DNA of 27,956 nucleotides from Promethearchaeia archaeon (GTDB lineage Archaea; Asgardarchaeota; Lokiarchaeia; Sigyniarchaeales; SOKP01): NCBI GenBank assembly GCA_029856105.1, contig JAHQWH010000143.1, positions 1 to 27,956 of the forward strand, read 5' to 3'. Shown piece by piece: positions 27,776 to 27,956 of this stretch (position 1 is its first letter; each line of letters starts with the position of its first letter). The notes under the pieces were generated by a model. It saw only the letters and a program-made list of their open reading frames with translations, ran no database searches and was not told where the DNA came from. The position numbers and the translations under genes were made by a program.

Positions 27776-27956
27776 ATTTTTAAATTGGTCCACCTAGCTA
27801 CTAAGGTTGAGATACCGCCTTTTTTATTCGGTCAACCTAAAGAAGACAGCGCAAGAATTATCCTTAGTGAAGACTACGAAGGTATAATCACTAGAGATTA
27901 TGGATTTATTATTGCTATTGTTAATGTACTTGATGTAGGACATGGTATCATTATAC
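27776..27956 (+). CDS. rpo7: DNA-directed RNA polymerase subunit Rpo7 (E'), 5' part, runs off the right edge (not in ORF track)
   Basis: The frame translates (I/M)FKLVHLATKVEIPPFLFGQPKEDSARIILSEDYEGIITRDYGFIIAIVNVLDVGHGIII, matching the Rpo7/RPB7 N-terminal pattern (V-x-IPP-x-x-FG...YEG...G-x-I-I-A-V...G-x-G-x-I). The apparent start is ATT. Confidence 0.82.
   Translation, partial: MFKLVHLATKVEIPPFLFGQPKEDSARIILSEDYEGIITRDYGFIIAIVNVLDVGHGIII

Noticed and set aside
27919-27956. VLDVGHG as a ComEC/metallo-beta-lactamase motif
   Set aside because: The full upstream translation matches the Rpo7 N-terminus better.

Overview
This is an AT-rich archaeal window, most likely from an Asgard archaeon (Lokiarchaeia-like). 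The evidence is a Rab-like small GTPase, two roadblock/LC7 proteins, TPR and LRR proteins, and the start of archaeal RNA polymerase subunit Rpo7/E' at the right edge. The middle is mostly metabolic and housekeeping: a heterodimeric ABC exporter, a GH3 glycosidase, M28 and M20 peptidases, a DUF362 Fe-S protein, a NagD-type HAD phosphatase and a polyprenol-kinase-like protein. Three accessory modules are bounded by direct repeats: (1) a VapBC pair between two copies of the last codons of an acetyl-CoA synthetase remnant; (2) a small zinc-ribbon protein with a PIP-box-like tail between 38-bp hairpin repeats; (3) a ~5.9-kb island between a roadblock gene and rpo7, bracketed by a 24-bp imperfect direct repeat. 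The island encodes an apparently 5'-truncated, compositionally mosaic 1520-aa protein with hydrophobic segments and a C-terminal HNH-like motif, followed by an LRR protein. It is a candidate Asgard polymorphic-toxin/immunity cassette (inference).
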